DNA of 64,000 nucleotides, from the NCBI GenBank assembly GCA_045126825.1, contig JBGVPF010000078.1:2656-66655 (forward strand), in the 5' to 3' direction. Position numbers and translations under genes: made by a program. The DNA is from Alloprevotella sp. (lineage in GTDB: Bacteria; Bacteroidota; Bacteroidia; Bacteroidales; Bacteroidaceae). This document shows positions 33,872 through 45,065 of this stretch, piece by piece. Position 1 is the first letter of the stretch. Each line of letters starts with the position of its first letter. The notes beneath the pieces were generated by a model. That model searched no databases. It was given only the letters and a program-made list of their open reading frames with translations, and was not told the DNA's origin.

Positions 33872-34765
33872 ATGCGAAAAGGTAGTTATACATCAAGTCA
33901 ATTTACGCGTTTTAACGTAAAAGAGAAGTGTGAACTTCTTGCCTTTGTTCAAAAAGTTCTTGACGGCATCAGTCGTAATCGTGCCAAAGCTATACTTACT
34001 GGCGGTGGAGTTAGAGTTGACCGCAAAATTGTGAAGCAGCATGACCTGTTGTTATCACCGAATTCTATAGTTGAAATTTCAAAGCGCAAACCTAAGGAAG
34101 AATTGCGTAATAAATTTGTTAAAATTGTATATGAAGATCATGCTATAGTAGTCATCGAAAAAAATATCGGAATTCTTTCTATGGCAAGTTCACATCATGC
34201 CTTTTGTGTAAAAAGTGTATTGGATGAGTACTTTCGCAGAACGCATCAAAAATGCACTGCTCACGTGGTACACAGACTTGATAGAGACACCTCAGGTCTA
34301 ATGGTTTATGCGAAAACTATTGAAGCAGAGCAGATTCTTGAACACAATTGGCACAATATCGTTACAGATAGACGCTACGTTGCGCTCTGTTCAGGTATTC
34401 CTAAATCTCCGCAGGGAAGTATTGAGAGTTGGTTAAAAGACAATAAAGCCTATTTTACTTTTTCGTCCCCAACTGACAATGGGGGAAAATATGCACTCAC
34501 ACATTACAAAACAATGTGTGTTAAGAATAATTATTCATTAATTGAATTCAAATTAGAAACAGGGAGGAAAAATCAGATCCGTGTACATACTCAAGACTTG
34601 GGGTGTCCTATTTGCGGTGATACAAAATATGGTAACGGAGACAACCCTATCAATAGACTTGCGCTCCATGCCTATAGGTTATTTTTTTATCACCCAATTT
34701 CAGGAGAAGAACTGCGTTTTGAAACATCTGTTCCTAAAATATTTATGAAAGTATTTGACAAATAA
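33872..34765 (+). CDS. RluA/RluD-family pseudouridine synthase
   Basis: HRLDRDTSG, TGRKNQIRVH, GDTKYG, LHAY; -7 box at 33838-33845. Confidence 0.92.
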   Translation: MRKGSYTSSQFTRFNVKEKCELLAFVQKVLDGISRNRAKAILTGGGVRVDRKIVKQHDLLLSPNSIVEISKRKPKEELRNKFVKIVYEDHAIVVIEKNIGILSMASSHHAFCVKSVLDEYFRRTHQKCTAHVVHRLDRDTSGLMVYAKTIEAEQILEHNWHNIVTDRRYVALCSGIPKSPQGSIESWLKDNKAYFTFSSPTDNGGKYALTHYKTMCVKNNYSLIEFKLETGRKNQIRVHTQDLGCPICGDTKYGNGDNPINRLALHAYRLFFYHPISGEELRFETSVPKIFMKVFDK

Positions 34766-35053
34766 TTAGTTGCAACAAAGTCTTAATGAGGAGATAAAGA
34801 CAACGTCATTTTCCTAAGTTTTTTAGAACACTAAAATCGTTTCTTCGTAATTAAGTCAAAGGACATTCAGGTTAAGTGTTTTTTACTTAGGTTGCGAATA
34901 AACGAGTATTAAGTTTGAAGATACAAAAAAGAAACTACATTTTTTTAAACTGCTTTGAAAAAATATTGTGATTTTTTTTAATCTATTATCTTTATTCTCT
35001 TTCTAACAATTCTCCATATATTAAAACTCCTTTTTCGCTTACAACTATACCGC

Positions 35054-37321
35054 ATGAGATTTTTCATTCTATTAAGTTGCATGATTATTGCTAGTTGCTC
35101 ATCTAAACGCTTATTAGACGAGGGGGATTTTCTGCTTTCAAAAGTAAACATAGAGAGCGACGACAAGCATGTTACTTCAATGGATCTTCAAACAGTTATG
35201 CTGCAAAGACCTAATAGCAAATGGTTAGGACTTGTGAAGGCACCGTTGGGATTATACTCGCTTGCTGGCAAAAAAGACTCAAGTTCTTTAAACGTTTTTT
35301 TAAGAAAAATTGGAGAACCTCCTGTTATATACGATGATTTTTCATCTCGCCAAACGATTAAGGGAATTCAAAATTATTTGACTTCCAAAGGGTTCCGAAA
35401 AGGATATGCAACTTACGATACTATACACGAAAAACATAAAGTTAATTTGTCTTTCAATGTTAATTGTGGGCCACGCTCATACATAAGAAATGTTTCGTTG
35501 AATATTCAGAATAACGAAATCCAAAAAATAATTATGTCTGAACGAAAAAACACCAAACTTAGAGGTGGTTCTCCTTTTGACATTAATAAACTATATGAAG
35601 AGCGAACTAGGTTAGTTAATCTACTTCAAAATAATGGTTATTACCATATCAATAAGGAGTTTTTTTCGTACCTTGTCGATACGATAAAAGGAGATTTAGG
35701 AGTAAATATATCCTTGAATTTTGTTGCGCCATTGGGTACAGATACACTTTTAGCATACACCCCATACCGAGTTGGTAAAATAAACATATACGAGGATTGT
35801 TCACCAGAAGATACAGCGAAGCAAAGTTACTATCGAGGATTAACCTTTCATCATAATAACAACAAATCGCAATTGTCAAGAAGGTTATTTAGAAGTATTG
35901 TGAAGCTACATACAGATAGTCTTTATAAAGTTAATAACACAACTTATACCAACAATGCACTTAATGAACTTGACGCAGTAAGTTTCAGTACGATTTCAAC
36001 TATCGACTCGTACCCGTACGTTGACTATAACATCTTTGTAAGAAGAACAAAACCTCACGGTATATCGTTTGATATTGAAGGCACCAATACCGCTGGAGAT
36101 TTTGGAATGGCTATGGCTCTCACTTATACTAACCGTAACTTGTTTAGAGGCGGTGAAATCCTTCGTCTAAAACTTAGGGGGGCGTATGAAGCCATTACCA
36201 ATCTTGAAGGATATTCTGACCATAACTATTTAGAATATAGTTTGGAATCAAACCTTACGTTCCCTACCCTATTGTTGCCTTTTGGTGAGAAATTTCGCTA
36301 TCGTTATCATGCTAATACTGAATTCGGCATAATATATAATTTGCAGGATCGTCCGGAATTTCATAGACGTATGGTTTCTGCAAATTTTTCATACAAATGG
36401 AATAAGAATAGTAGCAAACGAATCCAGCATAAGTTGGATGTTTTAAGTCTTAACTATATTTTCATGCCTTGGATATCCCATACGTTTCGCAAAAATTATT
36501 TGGAAGGTAATGATCCTCGCTATGGAATATTGCGATATAGTTACGAAAATCTATTTATTGCAAATACCGGATATAGTGTAATTCTAAATTCAAAAAAATC
36601 ATATTCTGTAAATACTGTAAATCAGGAAAATGCGTGGCAAATTAAGTTCAATATAGAGTCGGCTGGAAATCTACTAAACTTAACCCAAAACATTTTAGGA
36701 GGTAACAAAAATAAGAACGGTAACTATGAACTTTTTGGTATAGAATTTTCTCAATACATAAAGGCCGATTTTGATTTTGTTAAAAACTTTGCTATTGACA
36801 ATCGTAATTCTCTCGTATTTCACACCGCCTTCGGAATCGCTATACCCAACGGAAATTCTACGATGATTCCATATGAAAAACGTTACTTTTCAGGGGGGGC
36901 GAATAGTGTTAGAGGATGGAGTGTTCGCGAACTTGGACCTGGTTCTTACAAAGGCGTGAACGGTCAGATTGACTTTATCAATCAAACAGGTAACTTAAAG
37001 TTGGATGTAAACTTAGAGTACCGCACTTATTTATTTTGGAAATTATATGGTGCGCTTTTTATTGACGCTGGAAATGTTTGGAATACTAGGGATTATTCCC
37101 AATCTGGTGAAAAAATTAAATGGGATTATTTCTATGAGGATTTAGCTGTTTCTTACGGACTTGGTTTAAGATTAAATCTTGATTATTTTATCTTAAGATT
37201 CGACGGAGGTATGAAAGCTATCAATCCATCTGTAAAATCAGGTAGAAAACATTATCCAATCTTATGTCATAATTTTAATCGTGATTTTACTTTTCACTTT
37301 GCAATTGGGTTGCCATTCTAA
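35054..37321 (+). CDS. Omp85 (BamA/TamA, TamL-like) outer-membrane lipoprotein
   Basis: Lipobox IASC, POTRA region, GGANSVRGW, FIDAGNVW, C-terminal AIGLPF. Confidence 0.9.
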   Translation: MRFFILLSCMIIASCSSKRLLDEGDFLLSKVNIESDDKHVTSMDLQTVMLQRPNSKWLGLVKAPLGLYSLAGKKDSSSLNVFLRKIGEPPVIYDDFSSRQTIKGIQNYLTSKGFRKGYATYDTIHEKHKVNLSFNVNCGPRSYIRNVSLNIQNNEIQKIIMSERKNTKLRGGSPFDINKLYEERTRLVNLLQNNGYYHINKEFFSYLVDTIKGDLGVNISLNFVAPLGTDTLLAYTPYRVGKINIYEDCSPEDTAKQSYYRGLTFHHNNNKSQLSRRLFRSIVKLHTDSLYKVNNTTYTNNALNELDAVSFSTISTIDSYPYVDYNIFVRRTKPHGISFDIEGTNTAGDFGMAMALTYTNRNLFRGGEILRLKLRGAYEAITNLEGYSDHNYLEYSLESNLTFPTLLLPFGEKFRYRYHANTEFGIIYNLQDRPEFHRRMVSANFSYKWNKNSSKRIQHKLDVLSLNYIFMPWISHTFRKNYLEGNDPRYGILRYSYENLFIANTGYSVILNSKKSYSVNTVNQENAWQIKFNIESAGNLLNLTQNILGGNKNKNGNYELFGIEFSQYIKADFDFVKNFAIDNRNSLVFHTAFGIAIPNGNSTMIPYEKRYFSGGANSVRGWSVRELGPGSYKGVNGQIDFINQTGNLKLDVNLEYRTYLFWKLYGALFIDAGNVWNTRDYSQSGEKIKWDYFYEDLAVSYGLGLRLNLDYFILRFDGGMKAINPSVKSGRKHYPILCHNFNRDFTFHFAIGLPF

Positions 37322-37480
37322 ATATTATTTAAAATCCCATGACTCGGTGAAAATACATAAAATATTCATAATTTATAAGGAGGACTTCGCAAACATATCC
37401 TACATTTCAGAGAATCTATGCATCCCCTTATTAAAAACTATTAACTATTACAAATAGATTCCGCTATAGGAAAGACAATA

Positions 37481-38278
37481 ATGCAATTAATATCATTTGC
37501 TAGTGGCAGTAGTGGTAATTGTTATTACATACATGCCGAAGGATGTAGTCTACTCGTCGATTTAGGACTTGGAATTAGAATCTTCAAAAAGATTTATAAG
37601 GATTATGGATGCTCTTTTGGTGATATCCAAGGAATTCTCGTCACCCATAATCATACAGACCACACAAAGGCCGTTGGATATCTTTCTAATGAGTTTCACA
37701 TACCCGTTTACACAACACAGGCTGTGCATGATGGCATGAAAACTAATCCTTTTCTAAGTAAAAAAGTTCGCCAAGAAGAGCTTAAAGTTATAATTCATAA
37801 CGAGTCATTTAGAATTGGTCCCTTTACTATAACCTCTTTCGCTGTGCCACATGACAGTTTTGGGAATAATGGTTTTTTTATTGAATATGAGGATATATCT
37901 CTCTGTATAATCACTGATATAGGACATGTAACACCAGAAATCTGTGATTTCATAAAAAAATCAACCCACCTAATAGTTGAGGCTAATTATGATACGAAAA
38001 TGCTTGAATCAGGTCCCTACCCTTTGCACCTCAAAAGGCGCATTCAGGGACCATATGGACATATTTCTAATGCAGAAACTGCTAAGTTGCTTTCGTCATC
38101 ATTAACTCCCAATTTAATTAAAAAAGTGTGGTTGTGTCATCTATCAGAGGAAAATAACACTCCAGATATAGCTGCGAATACTTGTCGTGAAATACTACAA
38201 AGTATCCCAAATTTGCAACACATTACTCCTATACCACTCCCAAGAAGAACTCCTACATGGCTTATTGATATCAGGTAG
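37481..38278 (+). CDS. MBL-fold hydrolase (YycJ/WalJ-like)
   Basis: SGSSGN, THNHTDH, VPHD, EANYD, GHISN, HLSEENN. Confidence 0.9.
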   Translation: MQLISFASGSSGNCYYIHAEGCSLLVDLGLGIRIFKKIYKDYGCSFGDIQGILVTHNHTDHTKAVGYLSNEFHIPVYTTQAVHDGMKTNPFLSKKVRQEELKVIIHNESFRIGPFTITSFAVPHDSFGNNGFFIEYEDISLCIITDIGHVTPEICDFIKKSTHLIVEANYDTKMLESGPYPLHLKRRIQGPYGHISNAETAKLLSSSLTPNLIKKVWLCHLSEENNTPDIAANTCREILQSIPNLQHITPIPLPRRTPTWLIDIR

Positions 38279-38366
38279 ATAGACTACAAAATCAAGAAAA
38301 TTAGTGCAGTGGGGGAATTGAGTAGGTTAAAAAAACTACCCAACTAACAAATAACTTCAGTAAACT

Positions 38367-38510
38367 ATGCTTCAGAAAGTAATCGTAGGTATTATAGTTA
38401 TAATAAGCATCCTCTACTTATTTCGAGTTTTAGTGAAAATATGCAATTCTAAAAAAGGTTGTCAATCTTGTCCTTTCTCTAATAGTTGTAAGAAGAAAGG
38501 TGCTCTTTGA
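38367..38510 (+). CDS. Small Cys-rich membrane protein (FeoB-associated type), 47 aa
   Basis: My translation: MLQKVIVGIIVIISILYLFRVLVKICNSKKGCQSCPFSNSCKKKGAL. Below the ORF-track size cutoff. Confidence 0.7.
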   Translation: MLQKVIVGIIVIISILYLFRVLVKICNSKKGCQSCPFSNSCKKKGAL

Positions 38511-38702
38511 GAGTCTTTTTAACTATATACATCAAAATTTCACATTATACAAATTAACATGACAGCATTTTGAGTGACGAACTCTTTAGATTCTCTTTAA
38601 ACTCAGTGTAATTGTAAATAGATTTTTGTACCTACTTAAATTAATACATAGACTCTTCTTTTGTTAGGGATATTAAATCCTTCGATTAAGATTCAGAATT
38701 TT

Positions 38703-39545
38703 ATGATAACCCGTTGCTATCTTGAAATAACCAATCGTTGTAACCTAAATTGTGTATTTTGTCCAAAAACAACGCGTAAAGCTCACCAACTTACGTATGA
38801 CGAATTTGAACTACTCACCAATAAACTTGTTGGGCAAGTAAAGTTTCTTTATTTTCACCTTATGGGGGAACCTTTTCTTCACCCTCAACTTGCGCAATTT
38901 ATAGAGTCCTCACGATCAAAAGGTTTTATTCCTATTCTCACAACAAATGGTACCTTATTAAAGAATGCTCAACATATAATTGAAGCATTACCTTATAAAA
39001 TTCAAATATCCCTTCAGTCGCATGAGGGAAATCATGAGAATAATGTAGAAGATTTCATTAATTCAGTAATGAGTTTTTCACTCGAAGCAGCTAAGAAAGG
39101 CATCGTCATTGTTTTGAGACTATGGAATCAAGGTGGTGGTTTTGATACTAAAAATGATGAAATTATCCGTCACATCCATAAATATATTACGACTCCATGG
39201 ATAGAGCGACCTGACGGATGGAAAATTTGTGATTGTATTTACCTTGAAACAGATTCCACCTTTGAATGGCCTGATGCGGATAAAGAACCATATGAAGAAA
39301 GCGAAGTTTTTTGTCATGCTTTACGAAATCAAATAGGTGTACTGGTAGATGGTACAGTTGTACCGTGTTGTTTAGACTCACAAGGAACAATAAACCTTGG
39401 AAATTTATTCCAACAATCTATAAACGAAATTCTGAATTCGCCACGAGCTAAGAATTTATACGATTCCTTTTCATGCCATAAACTTACCGAACAACTCTGC
39501 AGAACTTGTAACTATGCCATAATTACGAAGAGATTTAGAAAATAG
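38703..39545 (+). CDS. Radical SAM protein with SPASM/twitch domain
   Basis: CNLNCVFC, GEP, TTNG, DGTVVPCC, CRTC. Confidence 0.9.
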   Translation: MITRCYLEITNRCNLNCVFCPKTTRKAHQLTYDEFELLTNKLVGQVKFLYFHLMGEPFLHPQLAQFIESSRSKGFIPILTTNGTLLKNAQHIIEALPYKIQISLQSHEGNHENNVEDFINSVMSFSLEAAKKGIVIVLRLWNQGGGFDTKNDEIIRHIHKYITTPWIERPDGWKICDCIYLETDSTFEWPDADKEPYEESEVFCHALRNQIGVLVDGTVVPCCLDSQGTINLGNLFQQSINEILNSPRAKNLYDSFSCHKLTEQLCRTCNYAIITKRFRK

Positions 39546-39841
39546 TTTATATTAGTAAATAACATAGTTGAATGGATTTGTCATAAATTTAACACTCAAC
39601 CATTATCAGACCCCTATTTTTATATCCTCTTATAAAGTAACTGTGAAATATTTAGAATAAGTAAATGATTATTTTTGTGTGTATTAAGATCATATAAAAG
39701 AATTGAATCATACTATGTTATTCTAACATAAATATGAATATAGGTTGGTTGTTGATTTTTTTTACTAATTTTGCAAATATTATTATTGGTTTATTTCTTA
39801 TTATCTCATACAATGTTAGTTAGTATGAGTTTTTCATCATC

Positions 39842-41530
39842 ATGACTACTTATACAAAGGAGCAGTTGATGCTTGTAAGCATAGAGTTGCTACAATCACT
39901 AGCGCATCAATTTAACACACCTCATAAAGATTCAAACAATCAACAACTTTTAGTTGCTGACATATTGAAGATTCAAGAATCCATGCTTGAAAATTCAGTT
40001 GAGAATCCGCCTAAAAAGAAACGCGGTAGACCTTCCAAAGCTGAAATTGCAGCACGAGAGGCGACTGAAGCACTAGCCAAAGCATTAGAAAACGGAAATA
40101 TACTTCTTGATGAAAATCAAAAATCTATAACTTCGTCACAAGTTTCTAATGAAAGTACTGATATTATAACCGATACAGTTGCCAATTCAAATATAGAAAG
40201 TGAGGTTCGTGATATATTCGCGACCAGATTTGTAAAAATAGATGAAAATTTTATTATTACCCAAGACTTGCCAGCATACGAAAATACTGATATATATGGT
40301 GATTTAAAGGGTGAGGAACAATTATTAGATTCAAGCATAAATATTCAATCACCTACTGTATCTACGCATTTGGAAGTTCAGGAGTCTCCCATCAACCAAC
40401 CTATAAATTCCAAAGAAATTTTCTTGGAAGGTGAAGGAGTTCTTGAATTAACAAAAGAGGGATATGGTTTTCTAAGGTCTGCTGATTACAATTATCTCAC
40501 TTCACCCGACGATATATATGTGTCTCCTTTACAACTTCGTCAATATGGTTTAAAGGCTGGTGATATCGTAAAAGGGAAAATACGTGTACCAAGAGATGAT
40601 GATAAATTCTTTGTTTTAATAAGTGTAGACACAATTAACGGTAAGGAACCTGTAGAAGTGCGTAATCGCATTGCCTTTGAACATCTTACCCCTATATTCC
40701 CTGATGAAAAGTTTAGACTCTGCTGTGGAACAAAAGATAGTTTATCAAGGCGAATTGTTGATATCTTTGCACCTATTGGGAAAGGTCAACGTGCACTTAT
40801 CGTAGCACAGCCTAAAACGGGTAAAACGATGCTTATGAAAGAAATAGCTAATGCTATTGCTGAAAGTCACCCAGAGACATACTTAATCATGCTACTTATT
40901 GATGAGCGTCCAGAAGAAGTGACAGATATTAAGCGTACCGTAAATGCAGAGGTCATCGCTTCAACTTTTGACGCACCAGCATCTAATCACGTTAAGATTG
41001 CCGGTATCGTGCTGGAAAAAGCTAAACGTATGGTTGAATGTGGACATGACGTAGTTATTTTCCTTGACTCCATCACCCGACTAGCCAGAGCATACAACAC
41101 AGAAGCACCCGCATCAGGAAAAATCCTATCGGGTGGTGTTGATGCAAATTCTCTTCAGCGTCCCAAGCGTTTTTTTGGCGCTGCAAGAAATATTGAAGGT
41201 GGAGGTTCACTAACTATAATTGCTACGGCACTTATTGATACAGGTTCAAAAATGGATGAAGTCATTTTCGAAGAGTTCAAAGGAACTGGAAATATGGAAT
41301 TACAATTGGACAGACAACTTGCAAACAAACGTATTTTCCCTGCAGTGAATCTCATGGCTTCAAGTACGCGACGTGATGATCTTCTCTTGCCTCCTACGAC
41401 TTCAAACCGAATGTGGGTACTAAGAAATTTCCTTTCTCAATTTAACAATGTAGAGGCAATGCAAGAGGTTATAAAACAGATGGATAATACACTTAATAAT
41501 GAAGAAATGCTCATAACTATGGGTAGTTAA
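39842..41530 (+). CDS. rho: Transcription termination factor Rho with N-terminal extension
   Basis: [41 protein letters not shown]; -7 box at 39766-39773. Confidence 0.97.
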   Translation: MTTYTKEQLMLVSIELLQSLAHQFNTPHKDSNNQQLLVADILKIQESMLENSVENPPKKKRGRPSKAEIAAREATEALAKALENGNILLDENQKSITSSQVSNESTDIITDTVANSNIESEVRDIFATRFVKIDENFIITQDLPAYENTDIYGDLKGEEQLLDSSINIQSPTVSTHLEVQESPINQPINSKEIFLEGEGVLELTKEGYGFLRSADYNYLTSPDDIYVSPLQLRQYGLKAGDIVKGKIRVPRDDDKFFVLISVDTINGKEPVEVRNRIAFEHLTPIFPDEKFRLCCGTKDSLSRRIVDIFAPIGKGQRALIVAQPKTGKTMLMKEIANAIAESHPETYLIMLLIDERPEEVTDIKRTVNAEVIASTFDAPASNHVKIAGIVLEKAKRMVECGHDVVIFLDSITRLARAYNTEAPASGKILSGGVDANSLQRPKRFFGAARNIEGGGSLTIIATALIDTGSKMDEVIFEEFKGTGNMELQLDRQLANKRIFPAVNLMASSTRRDDLLLPPTTSNRMWVLRNFLSQFNNVEAMQEVIKQMDNTLNNEEMLITMGS

Positions 41531-41641
41531 AATGAAATAATTTAAGTGAAGATATAAGAAACAAAATTGCTAGCGTAAAAGTTAGCGTTTGCGCTATGTT
41601 TTCATAAATTTGAGTTAATCCCATCTCCATCTCATTGGACA

Positions 41642-43510
41642 ATGACGAAAATAGAATTACTCGCTCCTGCTAAAAATCTACAAATAGGCATTGAAGCCAT
41701 TAAGCATGGTGCAGATGCTGTATATATTGGTGGTCCTAAGTTTGGTGCCAGGGCTGCTGCAGGTAATAGCATTAATGAAATCAAGCAACTTTGTGATTTT
41801 GCACATATCTACTGCGCAAAAGTATATGTAACACTAAATACCATTATATACGATAACGAACTTGAAGAAGTAAGAAAGTATATATGTACTCTCTATGAAA
41901 TTGGTGTGGATGCACTTATTGTACAGGACCTAGCAATTTGTTCGTTACCTCTACCACCTATTGAGATACATGCTTCTACACAACTTGACGTCACCTCTGT
42001 TGAAAAAGTACAATTGCTAGAACAATTGGGTTTTAGACAAGTTGTGCTAGCACGAGAATTGTCTTTAAAACAAATCGCAAATATTAAAGCGACTACAAAT
42101 GTCAAACTTGAAGCTTTTATTCATGGTGCTCTTTGCGTAAGTTATAGCGGTAGATGTTATGCTTCTCAATATTGCTTTAATCGCTCTGCTAATCGTGGAC
42201 AATGTGCGCAATTTTGCAGACTTCCATTCACCCTCAAAGATGCAGAAGGACGGATCATTCAAAAAGACAAGCATCTATTATCCCTACGCGATATGAATCG
42301 TTCTGAGTCAATTAGTGATATGATTGATGCAGGGGTAACATCTTTTAAGATTGAAGGACGTTTGAAAGATATCTCGTATGTAAAAAATGTAACGGCCTAC
42401 TATCGCAAACTTATTGATGAGATAATTGAACAGAGGAAAGGTGAATTACAGAAATCATCGTATGGTAAATGCCGTTTGCAATTTACTCCAAAGTTAGATA
42501 AAAGTTTCAATCGTGGATTTACAGAATATTTCTTACATGGTATACGAACTAAAGAAGCCAACATTGAGACTCCTAAATCATTAGGAGAGTACATAGGGAA
42601 AATTTCAAGAATCACATCCAATCGAATAGAGGTTATTATAGAAAGTGAAACAAATATTTCTGCAGGAGATGGACTCTGTTTCGTTGATGCGCAGGGGGTA
42701 TTACAAGGATTTCGTGTCAATACTGTAACAACTACCAATCAAAAAAACAAACTATTTCTAACAACATTCGGTAAGCAATTGTCTCAAATTTCTAACAAAA
42801 TTGAAACCAAACTTTTTAGAAATTTTGATATTGTTTTTGAAAAAAGATTAGAAAAAGAAACTGCGTCGCGCAAACTACTCTTGAACTTTATACTTAAAGA
42901 GACTGTTGATGGATTTCAACTTTTTGCTGAAGACGAAACAGGGAGAAAAACCTCCGTAACCTTCAACTGTGAGCATCAGTTAGCAAAAATCGCTCAGTAT
43001 GAGAACATACATCGACAGTTGTTGAAAGTGGGTGACACGAACTTTGAAATTGCTGATATCCAAATTAACATGAGTGATGATTGGTTTATTCCATCATCAT
43101 TACTTTCTACTGCACGTAGATCTGTAATACAACAATTACTCGCCATTACTGCACCTATTGAAGAATCGCAACCTCTCATTCAGCATAAAAAACTGAATGT
43201 TGAAAACTTAGATAATGTACTTTACACCGACTATCGCGCCAATATAGCTAATGAGGTCGCACGTTCTTTTTACAAACAAATTGGTGCAAACGCAGAACCT
43301 GCTTTTGAAATTAAACCTCCTCAAGGATCAGCCCCTATAATGTTCTGCAAATACTGTTTACTTCATGAATTAGGAATGTGCAGAAAAAAATCTCAACATC
43401 AACTAGAGCACTATACTTTTCCCTTATCGCTTCACAGTGCAGATGGTCGACAATTCGAATTATCATTCAATTGTAAAGAATGCGAGATGCTTGTATGGAA
43501 GAAATCGTAA
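41642..43510 (+). CDS. U32 family protein with long C-terminus (RlhA-like RNA hydroxylase)
   Basis: ELLAPA, GADAVY, HASTQ, CVSYSGRC, NRGQCAQFCR, KIEGR. Confidence 0.88.
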   Translation: MTKIELLAPAKNLQIGIEAIKHGADAVYIGGPKFGARAAAGNSINEIKQLCDFAHIYCAKVYVTLNTIIYDNELEEVRKYICTLYEIGVDALIVQDLAICSLPLPPIEIHASTQLDVTSVEKVQLLEQLGFRQVVLARELSLKQIANIKATTNVKLEAFIHGALCVSYSGRCYASQYCFNRSANRGQCAQFCRLPFTLKDAEGRIIQKDKHLLSLRDMNRSESISDMIDAGVTSFKIEGRLKDISYVKNVTAYYRKLIDEIIEQRKGELQKSSYGKCRLQFTPKLDKSFNRGFTEYFLHGIRTKEANIETPKSLGEYIGKISRITSNRIEVIIESETNISAGDGLCFVDAQGVLQGFRVNTVTTTNQKNKLFLTTFGKQLSQISNKIETKLFRNFDIVFEKRLEKETASRKLLLNFILKETVDGFQLFAEDETGRKTSVTFNCEHQLAKIAQYENIHRQLLKVGDTNFEIADIQINMSDDWFIPSSLLSTARRSVIQQLLAITAPIEESQPLIQHKKLNVENLDNVLYTDYRANIANEVARSFYKQIGANAEPAFEIKPPQGSAPIMFCKYCLLHELGMCRKKSQHQLEHYTFPLSLHSADGRQFELSFNCKECEMLVWKKS

Positions 43511-43714
43511 GGCGATGGATATACATTTTTTATTATAAGATGTTAATAAGAAATCTATAATAAATAACATGCCTAAAGGTTATGTTATATGATTAAGAGA
43601 TTATTTGATGGTTAAAACTCAAATTATTATCTTTTTTTAATCATTAGTTGAAATAGTTATCGTATTTATTCGTAAATTCGCAGTCAGATTAGATTAACCT
43701 AACCCTATACATTT

Positions 43715-44755
43715 ATGAAAAAGACAATTTTGGTAACCGGTGGTACTGGTTTTATCGGTTCACACACAACTGTTGAACTTCAAGCAGCAGGTTACGATGT
43801 AGTAATCATCGACAACCTTTCAAACTCTAAAGCAGACGTTGTAGACGGTATCGAAAAGATTTCAGGTATCCGCCCTGCTTTCGAAGAAGTAGATTGTTGC
43901 GACTACGCAAACCTCGAAGCCGTATTCCAGAAGTATCCCGCTATTGAAGGTATCATTCACTTCGCGGCTTCTAAGGCCGTTGGCGAAAGTGTAGAAAAGC
44001 CCTTGAAGTACTACGAAAACAATATCGTTTCGCTCATCAACCTCCTCAAGTTGATGCCTAAGTACAACGTGAAGGGTATCATCTTCTCTTCAAGTTGCAC
44101 GGTTTACGGTCAGCCCGACCCCGAAAACCTCCCCGTTACCGAAAATGCTCCTCTCAAGCAGGCCGAAAGCCCCTATGGTAACACGAAGGCGATTAACGAA
44201 GAAATCGTTCAGGACTACGTTAAGAGTGGTGCTCCCATCTCGGCAATCCTCCTCCGCTACTTCAACCCCATCGGCGCACACCCCTCTGCTATCATCGGCG
44301 AAATGCCCAATGGTGTGCCCGCTAACTTGATTCCTTACCTTACTCAGACGGCTATCGGTATCCGTGAATGCCTCTCTGTATTTGGTGACGACTATGACAC
44401 TCCCGACGGCTCTTGTATCCGCGACTTCATCTACGTAATCGACCTCGCTAAAGCACACGTTTGCGCTATGGAACGCATCCTCAACGGCAAGAACGAAGAA
44501 CCCGTAGAAATCTACAACGTAGGTACAGGTAAGGGTGTGACCGTATTCGAACTCATCAACACCTTCGAAAAGTGCACTGGCGTGAAGCTCAACTACAAGG
44601 TTGTAGCACGTCGCCCCGGTGACATCGAAAAGGTTTGGGGTAACGTAGACAAGGCTAACCAAAAGCTCGGTTGGAAGGCCGTTCACACGCTCGAAGATTC
44701 ACTCAGCACGGCTTGGAAGTGGCAACTTGAACTCCGTGAACGCGGCATCATGTAA
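43715..44755 (+). CDS. galE: UDP-glucose 4-epimerase
   Basis: GGTGFIGSH, KAVGES, YGNTK, LRYFNP. Confidence 0.96.
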   Translation: MKKTILVTGGTGFIGSHTTVELQAAGYDVVIIDNLSNSKADVVDGIEKISGIRPAFEEVDCCDYANLEAVFQKYPAIEGIIHFAASKAVGESVEKPLKYYENNIVSLINLLKLMPKYNVKGIIFSSSCTVYGQPDPENLPVTENAPLKQAESPYGNTKAINEEIVQDYVKSGAPISAILLRYFNPIGAHPSAIIGEMPNGVPANLIPYLTQTAIGIRECLSVFGDDYDTPDGSCIRDFIYVIDLAKAHVCAMERILNGKNEEPVEIYNVGTGKGVTVFELINTFEKCTGVKLNYKVVARRPGDIEKVWGNVDKANQKLGWKAVHTLEDSLSTAWKWQLELRERGIM

Positions 44756-44780
44756 TGCTTAAGAAAACCTTTTCTAAATA

Positions 44781-45063
44781 AGAAAGGAGAAAGGAGAAAG
44801 GAGAAAAGACCATGCGGCACTTTAACGCGTCAGCAATTTCCCCTTTCCCCTTTTTCCTTTTTTTTTTAGTAAACTATATTATATGTATAAGTAAACGAGA
44901 TGGTTTGCGAGATAAAACGATGATTCTCCCGCATGGCATTTCTCATTTCTCCTTTAATCCCGCTCTGCGGTCTTGAATCTGCTCCCGCTCGGCAACGTTC
45001 AAGTAAACTTGACGTTGCTCTCGCTCACTCGCAGATTTCTCCTTTTTCCTTTTTCCTTTCTCA
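44781..45063. repeat. Opposed 7-bp arrays (AGAAAGG versus TTTCTCC) with an 82-bp hairpin insert at 44956-45037
   Basis: Forward array 44781-44808; reverse arrays at about 44837-44860 and 44938-45063. Confidence 0.85.
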
Positions 45064-45065
45064 TC

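Noticed and set aside
44973-45065. N-terminal extensions of nspC (and of mnmD, yfcE, nanE, mntP) in the ORF track
   Set aside because: They run through repeats, promoters or the tRNA; downstream ATGs fit the protein families better.
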